Assembly (NCBI RefSeq): GCF_006345805.1
Contig: NC_043011.1
Span: 13,900,464-13,964,463 of the forward strand
From: Octopus sinensis
Lineage: Eukaryota
DNA length: 64,000 nucleotides
Direction: 5' to 3'
Shown here: positions 39,112 to 50,899 of the stretch, one piece after another
Layout: each line of letters starts with the position of its first letter
How positions within the stretch are numbered: the stretch's first letter is position 1
The notes under the pieces: generated by a model
The model's input: only the letters and a program-made list of their open reading frames with translations
The model's database searches: none
What the model was told of the DNA's origin: nothing
Program-made: the position numbers and the translations under genes

Positions 39112-40708
39112 GTAAGTGGACAGATTTTCTGGGAAAACAAAAAAAAAAAAACCCTACTTTATATTTCATTTTCGAATTAATAGTTTTTAGAGTGATTGTA
39201 TAAAGTCAACATAACTTGACAGTCCCGTAGAGGGAACTACACCACCGCTATGTAGCCCTAGGAAGTGTCGATGCTTCCTAGAGCTATATAGCGGTGTGTG
39301 TAATTCCCTTCATGGGACTGTCACATTATGTTGACTTTATACAACCACTCTATTGCTCCACCGCCGCTCATGTCTTGTTGAGACATTTAGAAATTCAATA
39401 TTTCTAATTAATAGTCTTTGTTTCATTAAAAACATTTTTGACATCTCCACAACTACTGGAACTATATTATTTAAAAGTTTCCTTGTTTTTGCCTTTCCTC
39501 TTGTCCCTCATTGATCCTGTGCTGGCCACTTTTCCTATTCCTTCATCCTCAAAATGTCAATCCTCTAAAATTCCCTTCACAATAACATTTCCCCTGCAAG
39601 CATTGGTGTTGAAGCTACATTGATCTGTAAAGATCATAACTGCAGAAAATCCGCCAGACTATTCCATAGCAAAAGTAAAAATATAAACTAATATTATAAT
39701 ATATCTCATCTGGCCTCTGTGCCGGTGGCACGTAAAAAGCACCCACTACACTCACGGAGTGGTTGGTGTTAGGAAGGGCATCCAGCTGTAGAAACACTGC
39801 CAGATCAGACTGGTCCTGGTGCAGCCTTCTGGCTTCCCAGACCCCAATTGAACCGTCCAACCCATGCTAGCATGAAAAGCGGACGTTAAACGATGATGAT
39901 GATGAAACAAATCTCTTTAGTATCCATTGCCAATCCAGAGTAGATTTGATGGATCGGTTGAAATAGTTCTCTTTCAGTTTGTCACCTCTACACAGCTAAA
40001 CTAAAAGGAAAATTAGTTTACGGTAACATCCACTATTGACAAGTAGCTAAATAATTTAAGGAAACTTCTGTGTTTTACAGTTAAGACTTCAATTGTTGTG
40101 ATTGCTGAAAAACAAAATACCTCGGTTAACTGGTGGCTGTAGGAATTGATCTCCAAATAGAAACTAACTTGCTTTAATGATGACTTCAGTAGTCTGATAG
40201 GTTTATTTGGATCTTTTCGGATTGAACAGCAGTTTTTTCTAGCAGTGTCATATGAAATTGTCACCCATAATTATGACCCTAGTATCGATCTATTGCATTT
40301 CAATGTTTTAGGGTTGGTTAGGGGTTGGGGGAAGGGTATCTTTTTTTTCTTCACAAATGTAAATAAACCCAATCTGTTTCTTAAACGAGGGACATATTCA
40401 TACGGCACAGAATGTTTTTTACCTCAATAGACGTCAGTAATTGGTTGAAATTGCAGAAATTGAAGAAAAAAAACAACAAATATCTTACAAACTATAGAAT
40501 TTTCTCAAAAAAGCCAAGAGAAAAAGATGTTTTATAAACACATTCTACCAGTATACGAAGTTTAAAACTGTTTAGTTACGTGGAAATTATTTTTAAAAAC
40601 ACGTTCAAACCGAAAAGTTCCGTTTATTTGATTCTATATGTTTAAAATATACCAAGTTTTCTGTTTGAGGATTATATTCACTGAAATTTTCTTTCAAACA
40701 TTTTTCAG

Positions 40709-40847
40709 CCATTGCTTCTAGTCATGATGAGGAAATCAGCATGGGTCTGTTAAATGAAGGACGCAGAATTGACTATGTCTTACAGGAGAAACCTATTGAA
40801 AGCTTTAACGATTATTTATTTGCACTGACTAGTCATGGCTGCTATTG
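40709..40847 (+). CDS. SEC23IP: SEC23IP/DDHD2-like exon ([35 protein letters not shown])
   Basis: tttcag/gtaagt, 139 nt, phase 1/2. [29 protein letters not shown] motif. Confidence 0.96.
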
Positions 40848-41225
40848 GTAAGTCATTAACCGTACAGTATTTCTACTAATTTAGTGTTGGTTCTGACTAA
40901 CATCTTGACTTCTAATGAATTAAATTATTATATCTTGAAACCGATTGAGTTTTAAAAGTATCATAGATGACTTTGTGTTCATGCAATGATTCAAAGGAAA
41001 GCACATTAATATAGTGTCTTGTTGCCAATCTCCATGTAGTTGATGCATTGGTGTAGTGCCACGGTTGGTGATTTCTATACCTGCAGATTTTCAGCTTAAT
41101 ATTTACTACAAACTAACAAACACTGTTGGGACAAGAACATTGAATTCAATATCTTTAACAAGAGCAGAATGTGAACTGTAGACTACCCAGTAAGCACAAT
41201 GTAGCAAGTAATTGCAATAGTCATA

Positions 41226-41277
<52 letters not shown>

Positions 41278-42577
41278 ATGGGAAGCTTTATGAAAATAGA
41301 CAAAAGACGAAGGCAGGTTTACGGAAATAAACAAAAGACGAAGGCAGGTGGAATACAAACAAACAATTGTATTAGTATGGCGCTCAGGAAATATAAATAA
41401 AACAAGAAAATGGAGGAACAAATTCATTTCAATCATCAACTTACAGATATTACCATTTCATATTATTTATTAACTTTCAGCGGTGGTGCCCCAGCATGGC
41501 CGTGGCCTTCGGGCTAAAAACATTTTTAAGGATTTTAAGGATTTATATAAATAGGAATATCCAAATCGAACAAAACAATATACATCAATATGCAAGATAA
41601 TAATACCATAAGAATAATACACATAAAATGGTCCTTACAGCTGTTTCAGCCTAAAGATAAAAGTATCTCATTCTGCCTATATTAGTCAGATATCCCATAG
41701 TGGGTTACCCTCATAACCCCTGTCTTACTTTGTATATATATACTAAGCACAGACATGGCTATGGTTAAGAAGACAGCTTCCCAACCATGTGTGTTTGTGT
41801 CGCCTAGTCTTAACATCACATGATGGTTATAAATGAATGTTACTGTCACACAGTGTCATTCATTTTGAGTATTCTGTGAAAATGTCTGGCTCTGAGAAAG
41901 ATGTTACAATATTACCTTGCTTGGAAACACGAGAAGGTTGGCTACAGGAGGGGCATCTAATTGTAGAAAAACTGCCTCCAATAAAACTTTGTCCAACTGA
42001 TACAAGCATAAGAAAAGTGGATGTTAAAATATGTATAGAAGGTAAAGTGTTTGAGAATATATGCCAGCTATGGTATTAGGTGGCGAGCTGGCAGAAACGT
42101 TAGCACACTAGGCAAAATGCGTAGCCGTATTTCGTCTGTCGTTATGTTGTGAGTTCAAATTCCGCCAAGGTCGGCTTTGCCTTTCATCCTTTCGGGGTCG
42201 ATAAATTAAGTACCAGTTATGCACTGGGGTCGATGTAATCGACTTAATACCTATGTCTGTCCTTGTTTGTCCCCTCTATGTTTTAGCCCCTTGTGGGTAA
42301 TAAAGAAATAGGTATTAGTTCTTAGATTACACTGGTAACAGAAGGACCCTATCTTCTGGAAGTCTCATCTGTGTCTCCACTGTCCATAGGAAAGACATGA
42401 ACATCATAGACTTAATGACATTAAAACGTTTTGGCTTTCATGCCTAGCTAGAGAAGATAGTGGGAGAACACCACAATGCAAATTGATTCAGAAAAGCTAA
42501 TACCTGTGTAAACAACACTTATGATTAAGTCTGCTGTGAATCCATGTCTATCCAGTTTATTGTTTTTTTGTTTACAG

Positions 42578-43373
42578 GGAATCTGAAGACACAGTGCTGC
42601 TTATACTTAAGGAGTTGTACTCAATAGTAGGAATTTATCCTCAGACGAATTGGCCAGATTCAATGAACCGAAGTACAGTTGCACCTCCTTCTTCAGCTGT
42701 TCCTCTTACTTCACCTTCAACTCCTCTCCAAACACCTTCCTACTCAGAACCACAATTAAATTCTAAAAGACGAGAATATTCAAGTCCTGGTAGCTCTCAA
42801 GCCACTGCAAATCATTTTGGTGTATTTTCCCCTGTGGGACCTCCTACTGGCCCTCCCCTAAAGGGACATCCTTCAGTTGGTCCTCCCCCCATGGGACCAC
42901 CTCCAACAGGCCCTCCACCTATGAGGCCTTCAGTTGGTCCTCCCCCTATGGGACCTCCTTCAACTGGCCCTCCCCCTATGGGACCTCCTTCAACTGGCCC
43001 TCCCCCTATGGGACCTCCTTCAACTGGCCTTCCCCCTATGGGACCTCCTTCAACAGGCCCTCCCCCCATGAGACCTCCTTCAAGCCTTCCTCCCATGGGA
43101 CCTCCTTCAACAGGCCCTCCCCCCATGGGACCTCCTTCAGTTGGTCCTCCCCCCATGGGTCCTCCTTCAACTTCTACTCCCTCCATTGCACCTCCTACAA
43201 CTGCTCCTGTGTTATCTCATCTACCCATGGGTCCACCTTCAACAAATCTTCCTCCACCCATGGGTCCACCTTCAACAGCTCCATCAATGATACCCCCCAC
43301 TACAGGTCCTCAAACGACTGGTATGCCAGTTGGACCTCCTCCATTGACAGGGTTTATAAAAAACACCTACTAA
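42578..43373 (+). CDS. SEC23IP: SEC23IP/DDHD2-like terminal exon: end of DDHD (ESEDTVLLILKELY) plus long Pro-rich tail
   Basis: tttacag acceptor, phase 2. Open frame runs to TAA at 43371-43373. Confidence 0.9.
42875..43170 (+). repeat. Coding 30-bp tandem repeat (about 10 units, GPPPMGPPST)
   Basis: ggccctccccctatgggacctccttcaact-type units in tandem, frame preserved. Confidence 0.92.
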
Positions 43374-43481
43374 AATGGAATGGAGGTTTAATCTCTCAGA
43401 TCTGAACTAAGTTTCATATTCAAAGTAACATTTAATTTTACATCTAGGTAGGTAAGACACTGACTTGTACTTAAAGATATG

Positions 43482-43487
43482 AATAAA
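43482..43487 (+). terminator. Candidate polyadenylation signal AATAAA of the SEC23IP-like gene
   Basis: First AATAAA about 110 nt after the stop, followed by GT/T-rich sequence. Confidence 0.45.
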
Positions 43488-44267
43488 TGAAAACCATTCC
43501 TCAGGTGTTTCTTACTACTTCTTCACTACAATTTTGCGAGTTAAAGTGGGTTTTTGGATGTTCTCTCTCCACTTCGTTTCCACTTCACATCACTCCTTGT
43601 TGTCAACAAATACTGTCATTCATCAACTTTGTATCTCTTATCTAAGCACATCTACATGCGCCCACTTCTTTGCTTTATGGTTGTCCACTGAATCTGATGA
43701 TAACTATCATCTTTTTCATTTGTAGATTCTTTGATGACACATCCCAATATTTGCTATGCAACTTTAGTAGTTGCAGATGAAACATATAAACGTTTTTTTT
43801 AGAGAGCTCAGAGATTACTCTGCAAGTATACACTTTTTCTCCCTTCTAGTAATACTGAGTATGTTTCTTATCCATGTTTTTAATCTCCTTCCAACAGCAA
43901 GATCACCAAGATTACTCGAACACAGGTAACAATATCTCCCACTCACGAAATGCTGATGTTGCATCTCTTCAAAGGCATATTCAGGTAATCTTTGATTGTC
44001 ATACCATTATGGTGGTAGCTGCCTTCCACACTATGCTGCTTTCGATGAAATCATAAAGCATATCAGATGCAGGAGTGTCTGTGTGGTAGGTAGCTTGCTT
44101 ACCAACCACATGGTTCCGGGTTCAGTCCCACTGCGTGGCATCTTGGGCAAGTGTCTTCTACTATAGCCTCGGGCCGACCAAAGCCTTGTGAGTGGATTTG
44201 GTAGATGGAAACTGAAAGAAGCCCGTCGTATATATGTATATGTGTGTGTATATATATATATATATAT

Positions 44268-44300
<33 letters not shown>

Positions 44301-45372
44301 GTTTAACGTCCGTTTTCCGCGCTAGCACGGGTTGGACGGTTTGACCGGGGTCTGGGGAGCAGGGACTGCCCCAGGCTCCAGTCTGATCTGGCAGTTTTTT
44401 CTACAGCTGGATGCCCTTCCTAACGCCAACCACTCCGCGAGTGTAGTGGGTGCTTTTTACGTGCCACCTGCACAGGTGCCAGAGGGGTCTGGCATCGGCC
44501 ACGATCGGTTATTGCCTTTTTTCGTTGCATTGCGGCAGGGGGGGGTTCCGGCAGAGAGGAGAGAGGGAGAGAGAGTGGTGGGGGGTGCATGTAATATAGG
44601 GGAGCACCAGTGGGGAAGGTTTGGGGTAAAGAGAAACGATGACAGGTAGGGTTGGTGGCAGGTTCTAGACAGAATGAAAAGTAGGAAGTAAAACGTAGGA
44701 TATCAAGAGTGGGGGGGGGGGCTGGAAGGAGATAGCCGGTTGAGGCAGTGACACATTTCAAAACAGGAGGAACATAAGATAACAGGTTAAGTGGGACGTT
44801 TGATGAGCTGCAGCGCCAGCTGCTTCTGTCCAGGGGGGAAGAGGCAGGGGTAAAATACATAATGAGAAAGTATATTGAGGAGGAGGGGTAGGAGGAACAG
44901 ACACACGTAGTGGTGGCGGTGGTAGAGGGGATATCCGGTGAGGATGGTGTAAACAGAGTGTTCTCCGGTATGGGTGGTGGGGGTGGGAGGGCGGGCAAAC
45001 CGCGAACGAATGGCGGGCTGCGAAGATTTTGATTGGGGACAGTAGACTTAAAACAATCGGGGTTTGAAGAAATGAACAGAGTAACGAACAAATTAACTTG
45101 GTACCGAGGGGATGAAGATTTTGATTGGGGACAGTAGACTTAAAACAATCGGGGTTTGAAGAAATGAACAGAGTAACGAACAAATTAACTTGGTACCGAG
45201 GGGATAAACAAATTAAAGGGTTATATTTTAAGAACAAGCAGAATTAGTGAATAGATTCGAACATTTAAGGGTTAGCAGCAAATGTATGTGTGTAGTACAA
45301 GAGTCAGGAAGAGATGAAATGAGAATTCTTAGCTTGCTTGCTATGATCATCGCTGTGTGGTCAAGAAGGGGT

Positions 45373-45409
45373 GAATGAAAGATAAGCACACGAGGTGATT
45401 ATTTATATA
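45373..45409 (-). promoter_or_regulatory. Candidate TATA box + Inr core promoter inside an intergenic repeat element
   Basis: Minus-strand TATAAA starts at 45407, TCATTC Inr has its A at 45376 (31 nt apart). Upstream CCGGAAGT (ETS-like) and CCGCCATT (YY1-like). Confidence 0.4.
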
Positions 45410-45948
45410 GGTTCACCGGAAGTGGGTTGGAAAGACGGAAGTTTTGATTGAAAGTAATGGCGGAGGACGAACGAAATATCTTCATACCGAGGCATATGGC
45501 GGGCTGCGAAGATTTTGATTGGGGACAGTAGACTTAAAACAATCGGGGTTTGAAGAAATGAACAGAGTAACGAACAAATTAACTTGGTACCGAGGGGATA
45601 AACAAATTAAAGGGTTATATTTTAAGAACAAGCAGAATTAGTGAATAGATTCGAACATTTAAGGGTTAAAAAACAAAAGATGAAGACAGGTGGTGTACAA
45701 AACAAACAGATGTATTAGTATAATGCTCAGGAATAGAAAAAGTCTTTTACGTTTCGAGCCTATGCTCTTCTACAGAAAGGGACACAGAAAAAACAAGGAG
45801 AGAAAAAAATGTGTGTAGTGGCTAACAATCTATACATATATATATGTGTGTGTGTCTGTGTGTGTGTGTGTAAGTGTGTGTAAGTGTTTTATCTTATATT
45901 TAATCTTTCTATAATATTCAATTTTTCTATAATATATAATTTAATTTA

Positions 45949-45989
<41 letters not shown>

Positions 45990-46234
45990 GTGTCTGTGTT
46001 CGTCCCCTTGGCATTGCTTGACAACCAATGCTGGTGTGTTTATGTCCCCGTCACTTAGCGGTTTGGCAGAAGAGACCGATAGAATAAGTACTAGGCTTAC
46101 AAAGAATAAGTCCTGGGGTCGATTTGCTCGACTAAAGGCGGTGCTCCAGCATGGCTGCGGTCAAATGACTGAAACAAGCAAAAGAGCAAAGAGCATAGCC
46201 TAAATGCTGCAAGTTAGTCTTCCCAGCTCAAGTT

Positions 46235-46620
46235 AGCAGGGCTGGACCGAGGGGATAGTGAAAGGCCAGACTGCATGACTAATTTCCTGTTCCACAGTGA
46301 TAGCACCCTGCCCTCATCTGGGATGCCACATGCTGCAACACTTTCTTTGGCTGCCAGCACAGGCTTCACTGCTTATCAGGCCAAGAAAGGCAAATTCAAA
46401 GTATCAGCTGTTTTTCTCAGCTAGATTTGTAGATGAGCCTGTGACAATGGAGATCTCTGGCATTCTGGGCACCTGGACTTCATCCCTGCTCACTGCCATC
46501 CACAACTGCGAGCCCTATGTATGGGAGTGGGTGTTCCATCACATCTCCCTCATCTGGGGCAATGCCTTCTCCATTTTCTCTGCCCATACCATGCTGCAAA
46601 CTGACTGGTCTTTTTAGTTA
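46235..46620 (+). mobile_element. Degenerate CRE-like non-LTR retrotransposon restriction-like endonuclease fragment
   Basis: GLDRGDSERPD, LIWDATC, K..KY, P...E.SG..G, ISLI..GNA.SI motifs across frameshifts. Confidence 0.6.
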
Positions 46621-46979
46621 TAACTGTTGTACCTCACAATTACATACATCCTTAATGAAAAGTTATTTTACATCAATTATTTTCCATTAGAAACTCCTCT
46701 TCAAAATCTCTGAACTGCTTCTTTAATTCACCAACCATGTGCTAACCATGGTGCAGCTGGCCGTAGAGGTTCCCACAAGAGAGATGCAAATCACATCCAC
46801 ACAATGTTTCAGCCAAGTTGATGTTTTACGTGGTGTGGACTAAATGCTGGAGTTGATTTGATGGAGGGTTTTTACATGTGTAATCCTATCTCAGCAAGAA
46901 AGAATTCTGGAGACACTGGATACTAAAGGCTTGTTTCAGACGGTGCTCTACCCGAGCCTTCCAAAACTTGTTACCAAGA

Positions 46980-48010
46980 CAACATAATCAGCCATGGAGG
47001 TGGGTGCTCTGGTAGCCAGAACAAGAGGAGATTGGCAAAAGTTCATGGAGCTATTACTTCTAATGGTAACAAGAGGAATCTTCTTTTTAATGAAAGGTAG
47101 ACTGAATATTGCTTATGTATGAAGTGTGATGCTGTATAATAATGAGATGTGGGGACTAAGCACAAGATGTGTGAAGGTCAGAATGAAATAGTCCTCATCT
47201 AGTCCTAGCTTCTGCATTGCCCACCAGATAAAGGAGCAGAGGACCCTGTCAAAGGCTTTTGCAATGTCAACAAAAGCCAGATATAGAAGTTTATTTTTGG
47301 CCAAGTCTTAATATCTTCAATTGCTTTTATCTAAGCTACTGTCGATTCAGATAGTTGACTCTGCTCCTCCCCATACATTCTCTACATTTAGCAACCTTTC
47401 AGTGGCGCTTCCAAGCCTCCTTCTTTGCAGAATCACTAACTGCAAAGTGAGCCATCATCCATGCAAACACACTTCTCTCCTTCCATGGTATGATTTTCTT
47501 ACACTGTTTTATGGTCCATAACACCTGAAGCCTCTGATCCTCATGCCACAGAACATTGGTTAACCTCCTCCTCCTCCTCTCCTGGCTAAGTATACCTGGT
47601 ATGTGGCTGTGTAGTTAAAAAGTCTGTTTCCCAACCACCTGCTTCCAGGTTTAGTGCCACTGTATGGTAACTTGGACAGGTTTTCTACTATATTGTTCAC
47701 AATGACTAAAGCCTTGCGAGTGGACGGAAACTGAAAGAAGCTTGATATATACATATATATACATGTGTTTGCATGAGTACATATTTCCCCTCATCTGATG
47801 CGTTTGATGGCTGTAAACAATGGTTTCCTTGGTGTCATTTGCTTGCATTCAATTATAAAAGTACATCTTTGCTTCCATATCTGAAATTTCTTCTCTAGTT
47901 CTGGTAGCGATTCAGCAATAAGAGTAAGGTCATTGGCATAAAGGAGCTCCCAAGGGCAACTAGTCTTAAATTCCTCAGCTATAGCTTGGAGGACTATAAT
48001 AAAGATGAAG
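46980..48010 (-). mobile_element. Highly degenerate RTE reverse transcriptase fragments (mixed orientation)
   Basis: LAFVDIAKAFDRV and PWELLYANDL motifs. Confidence 0.6.
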
Positions 48011-49206
48011 GGGGGGGGGCTAGAAATAGATCCCCTGGTAGACATGTGCAATATTTGAGCAAAAGCCTCAATCATATCTTGTTGTTTATCTCCACACTTA
48101 CTTGTGTTGTTTTTAGATTGGGAGGTTATTACCTCATTTGGAAAACAAGTGTAGGAAGTGGGTAGCAACCAGAAGGCTTTCTACCCAAACATAATTTTGT
48201 TTGACCCATGTAATGTTTAGGAAGTAATTATGAAAATGGTCTTTCTTTTTTGTTTTTTTTTTACTTGTTTCATTCATTGGACTTGGACCATACTAGGGTA
48301 AGTCTGGTACTTATTCTATAGGTCTCTCTTGCTGAACTGCAAAGTTACAGGAACATAAATGAACCAGTACCATTTGTCAAGTGATTGCAGGGATAGACAC
48401 AAAGACTTATACACACTCACGATGGGCTTCTTCCAGTTTCCATCTACTCCCAAACTGCTCAGCACATAGGAACTCCTTATATGTTGTCATGTTCTCATAA
48501 AGGTGGTGAGCTGGCAGAAGCGTTAGCATGCCGGGCGAAATGCTTAGCGGTATTTCGTCTGCTGCTACGTTCTGAGTTCAAATTCCGCCGAGGTCGACTT
48601 TGCTGTTCATCCTTTCGGGGTCGATTAAATAAGTACCAGTTACGCACTGGGGTCAATGTAATCAACTTAATCCGTTTGTCTGTCCCCTCTGTGTGTAGCC
48701 CCTTGTGGGTAGTAAAGAAATAAAAACTGCTCAGCACAGAGCCTAAAGTGTTTTGCAGTGGGATTGAACCCAACACCATGTGATTGGGAAGCAAACTTCT
48801 TACACACAGCCGTGCCTGTGCCACACACACACACACAATACAGATTTCAGGCCATCATGAAGGTGTTCACGACTAGCTGGCCATAGGAACTCCTCTTATA
48901 TGTTGTCATGTTCTCATAACTGAATCCTTATTGGAATTAGGAATTCCAGGCATGTGAACTAAACTTAGATTTGAGAGGGTCAAAGTAAATTTAGAAGAGA
49001 CTAAGAAGTCAGAGCTCAGAAACGTCATATCCTGAACCTGTACTCAATAAACACACATGATGTGTAGTGGAGTGGAATCATTGATTAAATTAACAGAGGA
49101 ATTAGGCTTCCTATGACAACGTACTGGAGCAATGCATATGATCACACTGGAAACAGATCCAGTTAAATACTCTGATGGTTTGCTAGTTGTTGATAACTTC
49201 TATAAC

Positions 49207-49645
49207 TTACATTGGACAGATATGTGTCCTCATCTTCTGTTACCACGTTTCGGCTGATTTACTCTCCAGCCTTCATCAGGCGTCCTGGTAGAATTTTGAA
49301 CCCAACCCTGGATTCTCACTCCTAAGGTATCTTTTTTATGTTATTTATTCAAGGCACTGCTTGGTATTGAACTTGGAATCTTGGGGTTAGTAGCCTGTGT
49401 TCTTAACCATTACGCTATATGCCCATATAGCATAATGAAGAGCATGGGCTACTAACCAAGATTCTGAGTTCAATTCCAGGCAGTGCCTTGAATAAATAAT
49501 ATCAGCAAAAAAAAAAAAAACCTTAGGAACGAGAACCCAGGGTTAGGTTCAAAATTCTACCAGGACACCTGATGGAAGCTGGCAAATAAATCTGCCAAAA
49601 CCTTGTATCAACAAACAAGATGAGGATACATCCATCCAATGTAAA
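49207..49645. repeat. Inverted dimer of a tRNA-headed, Penelope-like-tailed element
   Basis: Arms are reverse complements centred near 49422. Each has A/B-box-like motifs and a CTGATGA..GAAAC hammerhead-like motif. Confidence 0.7.
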
Positions 49646-50460
49646 TAATGTATAGAATTCCTCAACTCTAAAATATAGAACAACTATTACCCAAGAAACA
49701 TAATTAGTAGGGGAGGTGGTTGTTGTGTAACCAGGATAAGAGCAGGTTTGAAAAAGTTAAGAGAGCCATTACCAATGTTGGCATCAAGTGTTTTATTCCT
49801 TAGAGTTAAGGGCAGATTGTGTTAGAATTGCAATGTAGCATGGTAACAAGATAAGGGCTTTGAATTCAGGTAATTTATGAAGACTAGAAAGAAAAGTTTG
49901 TATGCTACAAATGATGTTCAGTGTTAGTGTGCTTGAAAACCTGAGTAGAAAGAAGAAAAACTCTTTAACCCTTAAACCTGGCATATCTGGCTAAAAGTAT
50001 TCTGCCTGTTTTATGTTCAAACTGGCCAAATCTGGTCTCTCACACCAACCCTACAATATCGTTTTAAAAATTAACAGCTACCTCATCAAAATCTCATAGC
50101 TACAAGATAATGCATGATTAGTTCAAAACAATGTGGATGAAGAAGCATTCATTTTGGCAGAATAATGCGAACACTAAAGGGTTAAGCAGAATTAGGTGTA
50201 AGAGAGGAGACTGCATTGGTTCAGGCAATTGGAGAATGACTGCTGCATACAAAAAAGCAGATCACTTCAAATTGATGGCACCTGTTGGTAGAATAATTTT
50301 AAATAGCTACAACTACAAAAGGCTTTAAAATGATGGACTGAAATTTGAAAGTAACTAAATGAGTATTAGAATAGTTATTAAGAAACAGTGTTTGCAGCAA
50401 GACATGTAGGTATGTGTCAATTCTCACAAGCTAGCTGTAATCCTAATGCTGTGTAATTTG

Positions 50461-50753
50461 TTGTTGTTCCTTTTTGAGCTATGCCTGGCTCATAAGGGCC
50501 GGTTTCCTGGTGTATAGGTTCTCCACCTGGACAGGATGCCGGTCCATCGCAGGTGAGCTGCAAGATGCAGGAGGAAAGAGTGAAAGAAAGTTGTGGCGAA
50601 AGAGTCAGCAGAGTTCGCCATTACCTTCTGCCGGAGCTGCGTGGAGCTTAGGTGTTTCGCTCATAAACACACACATCACCCGGTCTGAGATTTGAACCCG
50701 CGGTCCCTCGACCACGAGTTCGCTGCTCTAACCACTAGGCCATGTGCCTCCAC
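50461..50753 (-). mobile_element. SINE family D with TSD tgctgtgtaatttg
   Basis: Reverse complement of the 9724 element, 14-bp flanking direct repeats. Confidence 0.88.
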
Positions 50754-50899
50754 TGCTGTGTAATTTGAATACTTCTGTAATTAAAAGACAAGTAGTGGCT
50801 CGGTATGAATGAAATGATAAACAATGTAAAAAAAAAATAAGGAATAAAATAAAAACAAATCCAATATAATGTTTAAAGATGCTCGGAGCTATATAAAAC

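Noticed and set aside
42812-43186. Gly-rich minus-strand ORF (GGGPVEGGPMG)
   Set aside because: Antisense shadow of the Pro-rich coding repeat
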